Shown here: piece by piece, positions 21,650-31,345 of the stretch
Layout of the letters: each line of letters begins with the position of its first letter
Numbering within the stretch: the first letter of the stretch is position 1
Source of the DNA: Spirochaetia bacterium
GTDB taxonomy: Bacteria; Spirochaetota; Spirochaetia; WTKD01; G963693115
Assembly (NCBI GenBank): GCA_965226055.1
Contig: CBDDCA010000005.1
Location: forward strand, 448,001-512,000
Length of the DNA stretch: 64,000 bases
Reading direction: 5' to 3'
Program-made: the position numbers and the translations under genes
The notes under the pieces: generated by a model
Databases searched by the model: none
The model's input: the letters and a program-made list of their open reading frames with translations, nothing else
Told to the model about the DNA's origin: nothing

Positions 21650-22120
21650 CTACCAACGATAGTGCGAAAATGCCTTGTTTGCTTCTGCTGTTCTATGCGT
21701 TTCTTCTTTCTTCTTAAATGCTACACCAGTGGAATTAAATGCATCTAAAAGCTCGTTACCTAGCTTTTGTGCCATAGATTTACCACTGCGTTTTCTTGCT
21801 CCCATAATAACCCAACGAAGAGCAAGGGCTTGTTTTCTATTAGCACTTATTTCCATAGGAATTTGGTAGGTAGCTCCTCCTACTCTCCTTGATTTCACTT
21901 CTAATTCAGGCTTAATGTTATCAATGGCCTTATGAAATGTTTCAAGAGGATTAGCATCAATTTTCGTTTTCAAAAAATCAAGCGAATCATACACAATACG
22001 TATTGCGGTTGCTTTCTTTCCTTGCCACATCAATGTATTGATAAGTTTAGACAGAACTGCGTCTTTATACCTATAATCGGCTTCATACGATATTGGTGCT
22101 TTACTGTATTTTTTACTCAT
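21650..22120 (-). CDS. rpsG: 30S ribosomal protein S7
   Basis: EVKSRRVGGATYQIP, AEANKAFSHYRW. Confidence 0.98.
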   Translation of the reverse strand: MSKKYSKAPISYEADYRYKDAVLSKLINTLMWQGKKATAIRIVYDSLDFLKTKIDANPLETFHKAIDNIKPELEVKSRRVGGATYQIPMEISANRKQALALRWVIMGARKRSGKSMAQKLGNELLDAFNSTGVAFKKKEETHRTAEANKAFSHYRW

Positions 22121-22151
22121 ATTTTTTGTCCATTCTTTTTTTTATGTGTAA

Positions 22152-22526
22152 TTACGCCTTTGGTTTTTTCGTTCCATATTTTGAACGTCCACGATTTCTT
22201 TTTTCTACCCCAAGAAGATCTTTTGCTCCTCTTACTATATGATAACGAACCCCTGGTAAATCTTTTACTCTTCCTCCACGAATAAGCACAACAGAGTGCT
22301 CTTGAAGATTATGTCCTTCGCCTGGAACATAGCCTGTTACTTCTATACCATTAGTAAGGCGAATACGTGCTACTTTCCGCAGTGCAGAGTTAGGTTTTTT
22401 AGGAGTAACTGTCATAACACGAGTACAGACTCCACGCTTTTGAGGACATTCCTGCAATGCAGGAGATTTTGTCTTTTTAGTAGTTTTCTTTCTTCCTTGT
22501 CGAACCAATTGATTGATTGTTGGCAT
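22152..22526 (-). CDS. rpsL: 30S ribosomal protein S12
   Basis: [30 protein letters not shown]. Confidence 0.99.
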   Translation of the reverse strand: MPTINQLVRQGRKKTTKKTKSPALQECPQKRGVCTRVMTVTPKKPNSALRKVARIRLTNGIEVTGYVPGEGHNLQEHSVVLIRGGRVKDLPGVRYHIVRGAKDLLGVEKRNRGRSKYGTKKPKA

Positions 22527-22653
22527 GTATCTTTATATTCCTTTTATGATATTCCTTTATTTATTTTATCTAAAACTTTTTTTTATAATCTGCTTTAGAC
22601 TTCTTATTGTACTATGTTCTAGAAAAATTGTAAAGTGTTTTTTAGAAAAAATT

Positions 22654-22736
22654 TGTACTTTTACCATCTTGTGTGAACCCCTAAAATCCATGATAGTAAT
22701 TATACTGTACTATTATCAAAATAATAAGAAAAATAA
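22654..22736 (+). repeat. Degenerate copy of the putative IS left end also present at 36224-36300
   Basis: TGTACTTTTACCATCT...AAAATCCATGATAG...TTATACT...AAGAAAAATAA is shared with the region 5' of the HTH transposase fragment. Confidence 0.7.
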
Positions 22737-22804
22737 GTAATTAAAATTTCAATGTAACACTTAAAATCGCAATCAAGTGGTGGAAAATATGGTATCATAG
22801 AAGT

Positions 22805-23665
22805 ATGAACGATACAGAAAATACTGATTATATATCAATTGATGCACCAGCAACTCACTATGATATGCTTTTAGAAAAAATGAACAGTATGACAGAAAAG
22901 ATGGATAGTATTAACACAAGTATGACAGAAAGAATTGATAGCGTAAACACCAGCATGACAGAAAGAATGAATAGTATGGCAGAAAAGATGGATAGTATTA
23001 ACACAAGTATGACAGAAAGAATTGATAGCGTAAACACCAGTATGACAGAAAGAATAAACAGCGTAAATACCAGCATGACAGAAAAAATGAATAGTATGGC
23101 AGAAAGAATTGATAGCGTAAACACCAGCATGACAGAAAAAATGAATAGTATGGCAGAAAGAATTGATAGCGTAAACACCAGCATGACAGAAAAAATGAAT
23201 AGTATGGCAGAAAGAATTGATAGCGTAAACACCAGCATGACAGAAAGAATCGATAGCGTAAATACCAGCATGACAGAAAAAATGAATAGTATGGCAGAAA
23301 GAATAGATAACGTAAACACCAGCATGACAGAAAAAATGAATAGTATGGCAGAAAAGATGGATAGTATTAACACAAGTATGACAGAAAGAATAGATAGCAT
23401 AATCACCAGCATGACAGAAAGAATCGATAGCGTAAACATCAGCATGACAGAAAGAATAAACAGCGTAAATACCAGCATGACAGAAAGAATAAACAGCGTA
23501 AATACCAGTATGACAGAAAGAATGAATAGTATTCAAACAAATATGACAGAAAAAATAAACAGTGTAAATGCAAATATCAAAACTATATATTGGATATTAG
23601 GCATACACTTTGCTATTACATTGACAGGATTTTCGCTTATTTTTTCCCAACTGTTTAATTTTTAA
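22805..23665 (+). CDS. Bdr-like coiled-coil tandem-repeat protein with C-terminal transmembrane anchor
   Basis: Mixed 11-aa (VNTSMTERIDS) and 7-aa (MNSMAEK/R) repeats, then a hydrophobic tail IYWILGIHFAITLTGFSLIF. Confidence 0.75.
   Translation: MNDTENTDYISIDAPATHYDMLLEKMNSMTEKMDSINTSMTERIDSVNTSMTERMNSMAEKMDSINTSMTERIDSVNTSMTERINSVNTSMTEKMNSMAERIDSVNTSMTEKMNSMAERIDSVNTSMTEKMNSMAERIDSVNTSMTERIDSVNTSMTEKMNSMAERIDNVNTSMTEKMNSMAEKMDSINTSMTERIDSIITSMTERIDSVNISMTERINSVNTSMTERINSVNTSMTERMNSIQTNMTEKINSVNANIKTIYWILGIHFAITLTGFSLIFSQLFNF
22870..23570 (+). repeat. Intragenic tandem array of 33-bp and 21-bp units (54-bp composites)
   Basis: Recurring ATGACAGAAAGAATTGATAGCGTAAACACCAGC and ATGAATAGTATGGCAGAAA units; boundaries approximate. 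Confidence 0.9.
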
Positions 23666-23691
23666 TGCTGTGGAGATTGATATACATTATT

Positions 23692-23945
23692 TTAGAAAAA
23701 CATCCTTTGTAGTAGACCTTTCTTATACTGCTTTGTAAGTTCTACTTGTTTCTGTGTGAGAGATATTTTTGTGTCTACACTCTGCAGAAAAGATCTTATC
23801 TTTTGTTGTTCGGGGAAGGAAGGTAGTAATACTTTTTCTTGAGAATAATCCTTAAAATACATATGAGGAATAACACTTCCAATAATATATTTTAAAGTAC
23901 AATTCTTTGTAATACACTGTATAAAAAATATACATTAACTTTTTC
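23692..23945 (-). pseudogene. hsdS: C-terminal remnant of a type I restriction-modification specificity subunit (HsdS)
   Basis: Manual translation KYIIGSVIPHMYFKDYSQEKVLLPSFPEQQKIRSFLQSVDTKISLTQKQVELTKQYKKGLLQRMFF*; the upstream part (VYFLYSVLQRI) lies in another frame and the N-terminal part is missing. Confidence 0.8.
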
Positions 23946-24085
23946 TTGTTTACTCATCTAATAGTAGTATAGCAATACAGCCGTTATGTGAATCTTCATC
24001 TTGTGAAAGCCTTGCATTTCGCACTTGATTCTGGAATCTGCATTATATTATATAAAAACTTTAGGAAAATATTTATATAATATGC

Positions 24086-24112
24086 TAAAGAAACGAAAAA
24101 TAATGCCGAAAT
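24086..24112 (+). promoter_or_regulatory. Sigma28 (FliA) promoter of flagellin
   Basis: TAAA, 15 nt, GCCGAAAT. Confidence 0.8.
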
Positions 24113-24187
24113 ACCTTGATTTTTTTTCAATTTTTATCTAAACTTATAGTAAAAACAAACAGTAAAAAATATGCTTAGGAGGCAACC

Positions 24188-25021
24188 ATGGTTATCAATC
24201 ATAATTTAAGTGCAGATTTTGCAACCAGAGTGAATAATATGAAAAATACATCTATTCGCTCAAGTATTCAAAAGTTATCTTCTGGATTAAAAATAAATAA
24301 CGCAGGAGACGATGCGGCTGGACTTGCAATATCTGAGAAAATGAGAGCCCAGATTAGAGGAATGCAAAGAGCTTCTAGTAATGTGCAAGAAGCATACTCA
24401 TTTATAGAAACTGCAGAGGGATACCTTGCTGAATCAAATGATGTTCTACTGCGTATTCGTGAGCTCTCTATTCAAGCAGCGAATGGCATTAATTCTGGTG
24501 AAGATATTGAACTTATCAATGCTGAAATCGATCAGCTTGTGCAAGAAATAGATAGGGTTGCAAGAGATGCTCGGTTTAATGAAAAACCTCTCTTTATTGA
24601 TGGAGGTAGCTCAATAAGCTTCCATGTGGGACCTAATCCAGATCAAAATATCTCTGCTACTATTGGAGATACGTCAGCTACAGCATTAGGACTCCTTGAA
24701 GAAGGAGAACAAATACCTTCATTAAGCATATTGGATACTGAAGATGCAAATCGTGTTATTGGGAGAGCAGATAGTGCATTAAAGGCAATTTCTTCACAAA
24801 GAGCTGAGTTAGGAGCTATTCAAAGCAGATTTAGTTATTTACAACAAGGACTTGAAATAGGAACAGAAAACTTACAAGCTGCAGAATCAAGTATCAGAGA
24901 TACTGATATGGCAACAGAAGTTTCTACACTGGTAAAAAATCAAATACTCGCTCAATCTAGCCTTGCTATGCTTGCTCAAGCAAACACAAATCCTCAATCT
25001 ATCCTCAGCTTACTAAACTAA
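24188..25021 (+). CDS. flaB: Flagellin (FlaB-type periplasmic filament core protein)
   Basis: MVINHN N-terminus, KLSSGLKINNAGDDAAGLAISEKMR, AESSIRDTDMA, MLAQAN. Confidence 0.93.
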   Translation: MVINHNLSADFATRVNNMKNTSIRSSIQKLSSGLKINNAGDDAAGLAISEKMRAQIRGMQRASSNVQEAYSFIETAEGYLAESNDVLLRIRELSIQAANGINSGEDIELINAEIDQLVQEIDRVARDARFNEKPLFIDGGSSISFHVGPNPDQNISATIGDTSATALGLLEEGEQIPSLSILDTEDANRVIGRADSALKAISSQRAELGAIQSRFSYLQQGLEIGTENLQAAESSIRDTDMATEVSTLVKNQILAQSSLAMLAQANTNPQSILSLLN

Positions 25022-25045
25022 ACGAGCTTTTGCAATAATGAAAAC

Positions 25046-25081
25046 AAAAATGTAATCACATAGATATGTGATTACATTTTT
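25046..25081 (+). terminator. Intrinsic terminator after flagellin
   Basis: AAAAATGTAATCACATA-GA-TATGTGATTACATTTTT. Confidence 0.8.
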
Positions 25082-25122
25082 TATATTAAGTAGTATTATA
25101 TTGTTCCGACTATCATAATAGT

Positions 25123-27201
25123 ATGGATATACCTGGCTTACCTTCCAATAATTCGGGAAACATTGATACCCAAAAACTCATTCAGGATCTACTGGATGCG
25201 GAAAGGATACCTATCACTAATCTTGAAGAAGAAATTGAAGAGGATAAAAATAGAATTACCCTCTGGCAAGATGTGGAAGATACTATGGAAAAACTTCAGT
25301 CTTCTGCAAGAGATATATATAAATTAGACAATTCTTTCGATACATTTTCAGTAAGTAGCGATACCCCAAGTGTTATATATGCTTCTGCTCGAAGAGGGGC
25401 ACTTACAGGAGAATTTCTTATAAAGGTAGTACAAACAGCCAGTGCTGATAGATGGATAAGTGGATATGTGTCAGACGATTACATAGTAAAAGCAGGAAAC
25501 TATACCTTAGCTATAGGACAAGAACGCATTAGTGTAGAAACTAACGCGACAAATATCAGTAGTTTTGTAGAAAAACTGAATAAAAAAGCAAAAAATCTAT
25601 TACAGGCAAAACTGCTTCGAAAAGGAAGCCAAGAAAAAGAGCAAGTTCTATTGTTAGAGAGCTTGAAGATAGGAAAAAATCAAAAATTACGTTTATCAAA
25701 AAACTTTGAAGCTCTGGCATTAGATATACAGCTTATTGAACATAAAAATGATATTTACTCTCATACTGTTGCTCTTACGAGTAAGCATATAGAGAGTGCC
25801 AAAAGTAATGTAAATCTTTTTTTCGATGCTACTATAAAAAAAACAGATATAACCATACCTACACAAACAGCACAGCTTCGCTTACATCCAGGGGCATTGG
25901 GGACAGTTCGTGTTTCTGGTATACCGCAAAATTTACTCAACTCAACAAAAGCGGTGCTAAAGCTATCGTTTATCTTTGATACTATACAAGATAATGCTAC
26001 TGCAACTACTACACAGGCTACAGAGTCTTTTTCTGAATCATCTATAAAAGAACAATCAAGTACTCCTACGGCTACCCTTGAAGACATATCAATACCGTTT
26101 AGTGCTGTGAATAATCTGCTTGATACAGCAAAGACAAGCACTACACTCCCTGTACTGATAAGCGATAAGACATCTTCTCATCCTAACGCAGTATTTCTTT
26201 CTATTGATACTACCCGTATATCAAAGAATAGTATTATCTCAACAGAGATTGATATTACACAAATACGACACAATGATGAGATTGTGTTTACAGTTATAAA
26301 TCCTCTTACAAACTATGATCTACAATATATTGATGCTATCGTATTTGAAGAATCAAGTTCTCGTACGCTTGTTCCGAGAAATCCAGTAAGTCATGCTCAA
26401 AACGCTATCATTGAGTACAATGGCATTGAGGTGGAGCGTGATAGTAATGATATTCTGGATGTGATACCTGGATTGACATTGCATCTTAAAAAAAAGTCTG
26501 ATCAAGAGGTTACTATTAGTGTCACCAATAATGTGGAAGATGTAAAAAATGATATTATCTATTTTATTGGGCGGTATAATCAACTTATGAGAAAACTTAA
26601 TATTTATTCAAGTTCTCGCCCTGAGGTATTGAATGATATTACTTTTGAAACACAAGAAGAGAGAGATACAGCATTGGATAATTTAGGAAAACTTTCAAGT
26701 AATTTTGGAATTTCTCGCATTATTACAAACTTAGAGCGTATTACGACTCAGCAATATTCTAATCCTATTGAGATACGCTTTGCGTCTTTGCGTGCTATTG
26801 GAATAGAACGCAATTTTGGAAGTAGTCAATCAGTGGCAGGAAACAGGTATCTTAATATAGATGAGCTACAGCTTAGTAATTCTCTTGAAAATAGTTTTGA
26901 TGGAGTAAAATATTTATTTGCGGTAGATCAAAATAGCGATTTTAGGGTCGATTATGGGATAGCATATCTCATGTATGATGAATTGGAAAAATACTTGCAA
27001 ACAAATGGAATAATACGGCAAAGAGTAAATGCTCTTAATCGTGGTATACAGACAAAAGAAAGAAATGTTAGCAATGCTTTAGCAAACTTAGACAGAACAG
27101 AGAAAAATTTACGACGAAAATATGGCTTAATGGAGCAGTCCTTACAAGAGCTAGAATCAACCCAAAATACCCTTAATTTATTTAACAATACCAATCGCTA
27201 A
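25123..27201 (+). CDS. fliD: Flagellar filament cap protein FliD (long spirochaete type)
   Basis: N-terminal IPGL..IDTQKLIQDLLDAER; AQNAIIEYNGIEVERDSNDILDVIPGLTLHL; C-terminal coiled coil; follows flaB. Confidence 0.9.
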   Translation: MDIPGLPSNNSGNIDTQKLIQDLLDAERIPITNLEEEIEEDKNRITLWQDVEDTMEKLQSSARDIYKLDNSFDTFSVSSDTPSVIYASARRGALTGEFLIKVVQTASADRWISGYVSDDYIVKAGNYTLAIGQERISVETNATNISSFVEKLNKKAKNLLQAKLLRKGSQEKEQVLLLESLKIGKNQKLRLSKNFEALALDIQLIEHKNDIYSHTVALTSKHIESAKSNVNLFFDATIKKTDITIPTQTAQLRLHPGALGTVRVSGIPQNLLNSTKAVLKLSFIFDTIQDNATATTTQATESFSESSIKEQSSTPTATLEDISIPFSAVNNLLDTAKTSTTLPVLISDKTSSHPNAVFLSIDTTRISKNSIISTEIDITQIRHNDEIVFTVINPLTNYDLQYIDAIVFEESSSRTLVPRNPVSHAQNAIIEYNGIEVERDSNDILDVIPGLTLHLKKKSDQEVTISVTNNVEDVKNDIIYFIGRYNQLMRKLNIYSSSRPEVLNDITFETQEERDTALDNLGKLSSNFGISRIITNLERITTQQYSNPIEIRFASLRAIGIERNFGSSQSVAGNRYLNIDELQLSNSLENSFDGVKYLFAVDQNSDFRVDYGIAYLMYDELEKYLQTNGIIRQRVNALNRGIQTKERNVSNALANLDRTEKNLRRKYGLMEQSLQELESTQNTLNLFNNTNR

Positions 27202-27263
27202 ATTGTATTTGCTTATGTATATACTTTTACATAAAAGCACGATAGATACTACAATAAACATAC

Positions 27264-28193
27264 ATGAAACTTTTTATAAACGATGAAAAGATTGATATTC
27301 AATTAGGAGAAGAACTCTATTTGTCTGATGTTCTTGAATCTATTGAGTCTCAAATACAACATGCTGGTGGAATTATCTCGGCTATACTTGTAAATGATAA
27401 AAGTATTGATTTTTCTAATGATGCATGGAAGCAGATTGCGGTGCATTCTATCAATACTCTTCATATAGAAGCAGACGCTCCTGAGCTTACACGAAAAAAA
27501 CTTTTCGATTCATTTTTACAGTACCTCTACAATATACAATCATTTGCTTTACAAAAGGAGGATACTGAAGAACAAGCACAGCAGAGACAACTCTTTTTAG
27601 AGAACAGTACCTTAGCACAGGAGCTAGAACAGCTTATATCTGGCATTGATATGCTTATGGTAGAAGACATTACACAGCATTCTATACGCATACCGTTACA
27701 AAAGGCTTTTTCTTTGCTTGGATTATTTCAATCTCCGCCTCAAATACAGTATAATGAAGAGGCATGTACTATACTAGAACAAAGTATAGAGCATATCAAA
27801 AAATATAGAAACGGTCCTTTTTCTTCAATACAGCAATGGAATGAGGCAGTACATTCTATACTGCAACAAGCTGATGATATAAAACAGCTTTCGTCCATTG
27901 TGCATAGTGCTGATGCTATGATTATCGGCAATACTGTTATATCGCATATTGAATCTATAGATAAGTATCTTTCTGTTATACAATATCCTCCCGAACATTG
28001 CCATGATACACAGGCATACGATCAGCTTTACAGTGAACATACTCAAAGTCTTGATACTATATTCAAAGAATTAGAACCAGCAATACAACATACTGATTGG
28101 GTTACGGTTGCAGATATTATGGAGTATGAGATAGCAGCATTACTAGAAACATATGCAAAAACACTGCTCCATGATTATAGCAATGAACCATAA
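27264..28193 (+). CDS. Hypothetical protein
   Basis: 309-aa ORF; C-terminal DWVTVADIMEYEI resembles a motif seen in flagellar-locus hypotheticals. Confidence 0.7.
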   Translation: MKLFINDEKIDIQLGEELYLSDVLESIESQIQHAGGIISAILVNDKSIDFSNDAWKQIAVHSINTLHIEADAPELTRKKLFDSFLQYLYNIQSFALQKEDTEEQAQQRQLFLENSTLAQELEQLISGIDMLMVEDITQHSIRIPLQKAFSLLGLFQSPPQIQYNEEACTILEQSIEHIKKYRNGPFSSIQQWNEAVHSILQQADDIKQLSSIVHSADAMIIGNTVISHIESIDKYLSVIQYPPEHCHDTQAYDQLYSEHTQSLDTIFKELEPAIQHTDWVTVADIMEYEIAALLETYAKTLLHDYSNEP

Positions 28194-28788
28194 GAACACA
28201 ACTGTTACTCATAGCACTACCACTACAGAGGATGGATTGTTTTCTCATCCTCAATTAACGCACAATAAGTATAGCGTACAGTGTAACTCTGTACAAGAGA
28301 CAAAAGAAACTGCATTGCAATGGCTACAAACATATGTCGCATATATTGAGACAACATCAGTAGTACTTTTGTATGGAAAAATTGGTGCTGGAAAATCATT
28401 ATTTGTACGATTTTGTTTAGAATATTTAGGCTGTCTTGATTTGTATGATCAATTTAGTAGCCCTAGTTTTTCTTTAGTACATGAATATGAGCTAGCTCCC
28501 CATACGATGAACACTGAGCATACTAGCCTCTCTATTGCAGATACAATACATAGCGTACAGCATATTGATTTATATCGATTACATCATCAAGATGAATTAT
28601 ACGATATTGACATTTTTTCTGTAGAACATGCTCTCTATTTTGTTGAATGGCCTCATAAAATACCGTATGATTTTTTTCTGCAACTACAAATCCCTATTTC
28701 TGCACTCTATTTTACATTGCTTGATGAAACTGTCCGTACCATTACATTTGCTGATGATTCCACACATACTAAAAAACTAATACAATAA
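28183..28788 (+). CDS. tsaE: tRNA t6A biosynthesis ATPase TsaE
   Basis: LYGKIGAGKS, SSPSFSLVHEY, HIDLYRL, VEWP; start set at ATG 28183. Confidence 0.92.
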   Translation: MNHKNTTVTHSTTTTEDGLFSHPQLTHNKYSVQCNSVQETKETALQWLQTYVAYIETTSVVLLYGKIGAGKSLFVRFCLEYLGCLDLYDQFSSPSFSLVHEYELAPHTMNTEHTSLSIADTIHSVQHIDLYRLHHQDELYDIDIFSVEHALYFVEWPHKIPYDFFLQLQIPISALYFTLLDETVRTITFADDSTHTKKLIQ

Positions 28789-28793
28789 AAACA

Positions 28794-29657
28794 ATGAAAC
28801 ACACGCATACTGATATCTTTGATATGCTATATATTGATGGTAGCTTACACACAAGTATGAGTCTTCGCTGGGAAAGAAGAGAGCGTATGCCACATACACA
28901 GGATAGTCATGCTTACCACAGTAACTATCGTATACTACAACAGGCAAGCACAACACTTTCCACCTATGATATAAAACAAAGCCGTTCTGAAAAACTTCCT
29001 CTTCTCTGTGATGAGCTTAGGGCACACTGTGAGGGTACATATGAGACATTGCAAGCGGTGTGTGTATGCATAGGGCCTGGTTCATTTACTGGCATACGAT
29101 CTTCTCTTGCTTTTGCAAAGGGGCTCTGTTGTGGAAATGGCATTACTCAACTGATTACTCTTACTTCGTTTGATATTATTGCACAGGCATATTGTTCATA
29201 TCGTCCACTCATTGCTCTCTGCGATGCTCGTGGGCATCGGTATGTAGGGCAAACATTTATACAACATACTGAAACTGAAAGAAAAAAAAATGATACTCAT
29301 AGTGCTTCTTCTATAGATACTACCGATTACATACAAGAGCGGGAGCTGTTAGATATTCATACTTTGCATACAACGATACAGGCGTTACAGCAGTCTTTGC
29401 ACCAGCAAGATCCTATTGTATATATTGCAGGTGAACCTGCAGCATTTCTCCATACACAGCTACACGAGCAGTATAGTCGCTATTATGCAATGAGCTACGA
29501 TACTACCGATACCGCTTCATTATTGCGACTTCCTCATATGCATTGGAATGAGATACAGTGTATGCATGCTATGTCTATTGTTTCATTTCGAAAATTTTTG
29601 CATGAAGATTTTAGCTCTATGGATAGCATTCCACTCTATGGAAAGCACTACATATAA
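28794..29657 (+). CDS. tsaB: tRNA t6A biosynthesis protein TsaB
   Basis: GPGSFTGIRSSLAFAKGL, DARG, C-terminal PLY; adjacent to tsaE. Confidence 0.9.
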   Translation: MKHTHTDIFDMLYIDGSLHTSMSLRWERRERMPHTQDSHAYHSNYRILQQASTTLSTYDIKQSRSEKLPLLCDELRAHCEGTYETLQAVCVCIGPGSFTGIRSSLAFAKGLCCGNGITQLITLTSFDIIAQAYCSYRPLIALCDARGHRYVGQTFIQHTETERKKNDTHSASSIDTTDYIQERELLDIHTLHTTIQALQQSLHQQDPIVYIAGEPAAFLHTQLHEQYSRYYAMSYDTTDTASLLRLPHMHWNEIQCMHAMSIVSFRKFLHEDFSSMDSIPLYGKHYI

Positions 29658-29679
29658 CTATATTGGTAGTGCATATGTA

Positions 29680-29952
29680 TTAAAGGCTATCCTTTGTGTT
29701 TTTATTGATCTTTTTTTGAATTTTTGATCCTAATTGAGATGCGATTGCATTGCCTGTATGTGCTTTTGCTTTCTCAACTGCAACTATATTTTCTGCTTGG
29801 ATATGCTCCCATAACTCCTCACGATACACTTTAACATGAGATGGTGCTTCAATCCCTACTTTTACTCCATCAGAGCGAATATCCACAATTTTTATCTTAA
29901 TGTCGCCATTTATAACTATAACCTCGTCTTTTTTACGAGTCAATATAAGCAT
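29680..29952 (-). CDS. csrA: Carbon storage regulator CsrA
   Basis: MLILTRKKDE..VKVGIEAPSHVKVYREEL; start corrected to 29952. Confidence 0.96.
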   Translation of the reverse strand: MLILTRKKDEVIVINGDIKIKIVDIRSDGVKVGIEAPSHVKVYREELWEHIQAENIVAVEKAKAHTGNAIASQLGSKIQKKINKNTKDSL

Positions 29953-30100
29953 ACTTATAGTATAGTATAAATTGTATAATAGCATAAATCATAATTTCCA
30001 AAATTATATACAGTAAGCTAACTTTACCAAATATTGAAAAGCAATAATGTAGAATATGACAAAAATTATAAATTGCTATATTTGATCTAACTATAAGAGC

Positions 30101-30331
30101 TTAATAATAAGGGAATAGCAATAAAGAACCTACTACATAAAATACACCAGATATTATGAAAGCAGAACCTAAAAAATAATCTCTTACTCTATCCTTATGA
30201 TTCTCCTCTAAAATTTGCTCAGCACTTAATATTTCATCAGCATTAATTTCTACATTATAGTTGTTTTCAGTAGTAGTACAACTTGATAGTGATACTATCA
30301 ATATCAATAAAAATATCGTTCTAAACTTCAT
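30101..30331 (-). CDS. Small putative lipoprotein with C-terminal TM helix
   Basis: MKFRTIFLLILIVSLSS-C lipobox; hydrophobic C-terminus. Confidence 0.6.
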   Translation of the reverse strand: MKFRTIFLLILIVSLSSCTTTENNYNVEINADEILSAEQILEENHKDRVRDYFLGSAFIISGVFYVVGSLLLFPYY

Positions 30332-30338
30332 ATACTTA

Positions 30339-31280
30339 TTATATATGTTTCTTTGATTGATGGGAGAGGGTGTTTCTTTCCCAGAATACCTTGTCTACAT
30401 ATCCTTGTATTGTATTATCTTGTACGGCATCCAATCTTTTTTGTGATATGCAGGCATAGTGTTCCGCTATATCCACTCCTATATATGTTCTATTCAATTT
30501 TTTTGCTACTACACAGGTAGTGCCTGACCCTACAAAAGGATCAAATACTATATCACCTTCATTACTGCTTGCTAGTATTAGCTTTGCCACGAGCTTCTCA
30601 GGCTTCTGTGTGGGATGCTCTGTATTTTCTGGCATAGACCAATACGGGATAGTGATATCGTCCCAAAAATTTGATGGATATGTATCTCTAAATCTCCCTT
30701 TTTCTGTTTCTTTCCAATCTTTAGGAGTGCCTTTTTCTTTATATGGAGCTATTACTTTTTTTCTTGTTTTTACCTTTTCTACATTAAAAGTAAATTCTTT
30801 TGACATTGTACAGAACCATATATCTTCATGGGCATTTTTCCAGTTACTTTTTGATCCTCTTCCTTTTTCTCTTTGCCATGTTATTCTATTTTGTATATGA
30901 AAATAGGTACGTGCTATTACATGTAAAGAGGAAGATGAGTACCAGTCTCCATGTATATATATACTTGCAGTGTCTTTTAGCATATGAACAATACTTTTAA
31001 GAAGTCTATCAATATACTGTGAGTATGTTTCTATGCTTACTTTCTTAAAGCTAATATTTTCAAACTGTTTATTGAGGTTATACGGAGGATCTAGTATGAG
31101 CAAATCTACACAGTTACTTGGCAAATACTTTGCTATTTCAAATATATCTCCTAGTATAACTTTATTACCTATACTTTCAATAGCTACTTTGTCTTTTATA
31201 TGTGTTACTAATTTCTTGTATAAACAATCCTTCTCATGATCTTCTATTACCAGAGTTTTGTTCCGTTTGCTTCTTTCCAT
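30339..31280 (-). CDS. N4/N6 DNA methyltransferase (beta class), orphan
   Basis: LDPPYN catalytic motif precedes HPTQKP and DPFVGSGTT (SAM binding). Confidence 0.93.
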   Translation of the reverse strand: MERSKRNKTLVIEDHEKDCLYKKLVTHIKDKVAIESIGNKVILGDIFEIAKYLPSNCVDLLILDPPYNLNKQFENISFKKVSIETYSQYIDRLLKSIVHMLKDTASIYIHGDWYSSSSLHVIARTYFHIQNRITWQREKGRGSKSNWKNAHEDIWFCTMSKEFTFNVEKVKTRKKVIAPYKEKGTPKDWKETEKGRFRDTYPSNFWDDITIPYWSMPENTEHPTQKPEKLVAKLILASSNEGDIVFDPFVGSGTTCVVAKKLNRTYIGVDIAEHYACISQKRLDAVQDNTIQGYVDKVFWERNTLSHQSKKHI

Positions 31281-31345
31281 ATTAGCTACTGCTTACTGTA
31301 TTTTGCTCTCATCACTAAAAGTGATATATCATATGAAATACATTT

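Noticed and set aside
22858-23536. Two long minus-strand ORFs over the repeat
   Set aside because: They are open only because the repeat lacks stops in those frames; the + strand ORF has a promoter and a TM anchor.
22870-23570. Possible CRISPR array
   Set aside because: The units are contiguous, in frame and multiples of 3 nt, with no unique spacers and no cas genes; this is a coding tandem repeat.
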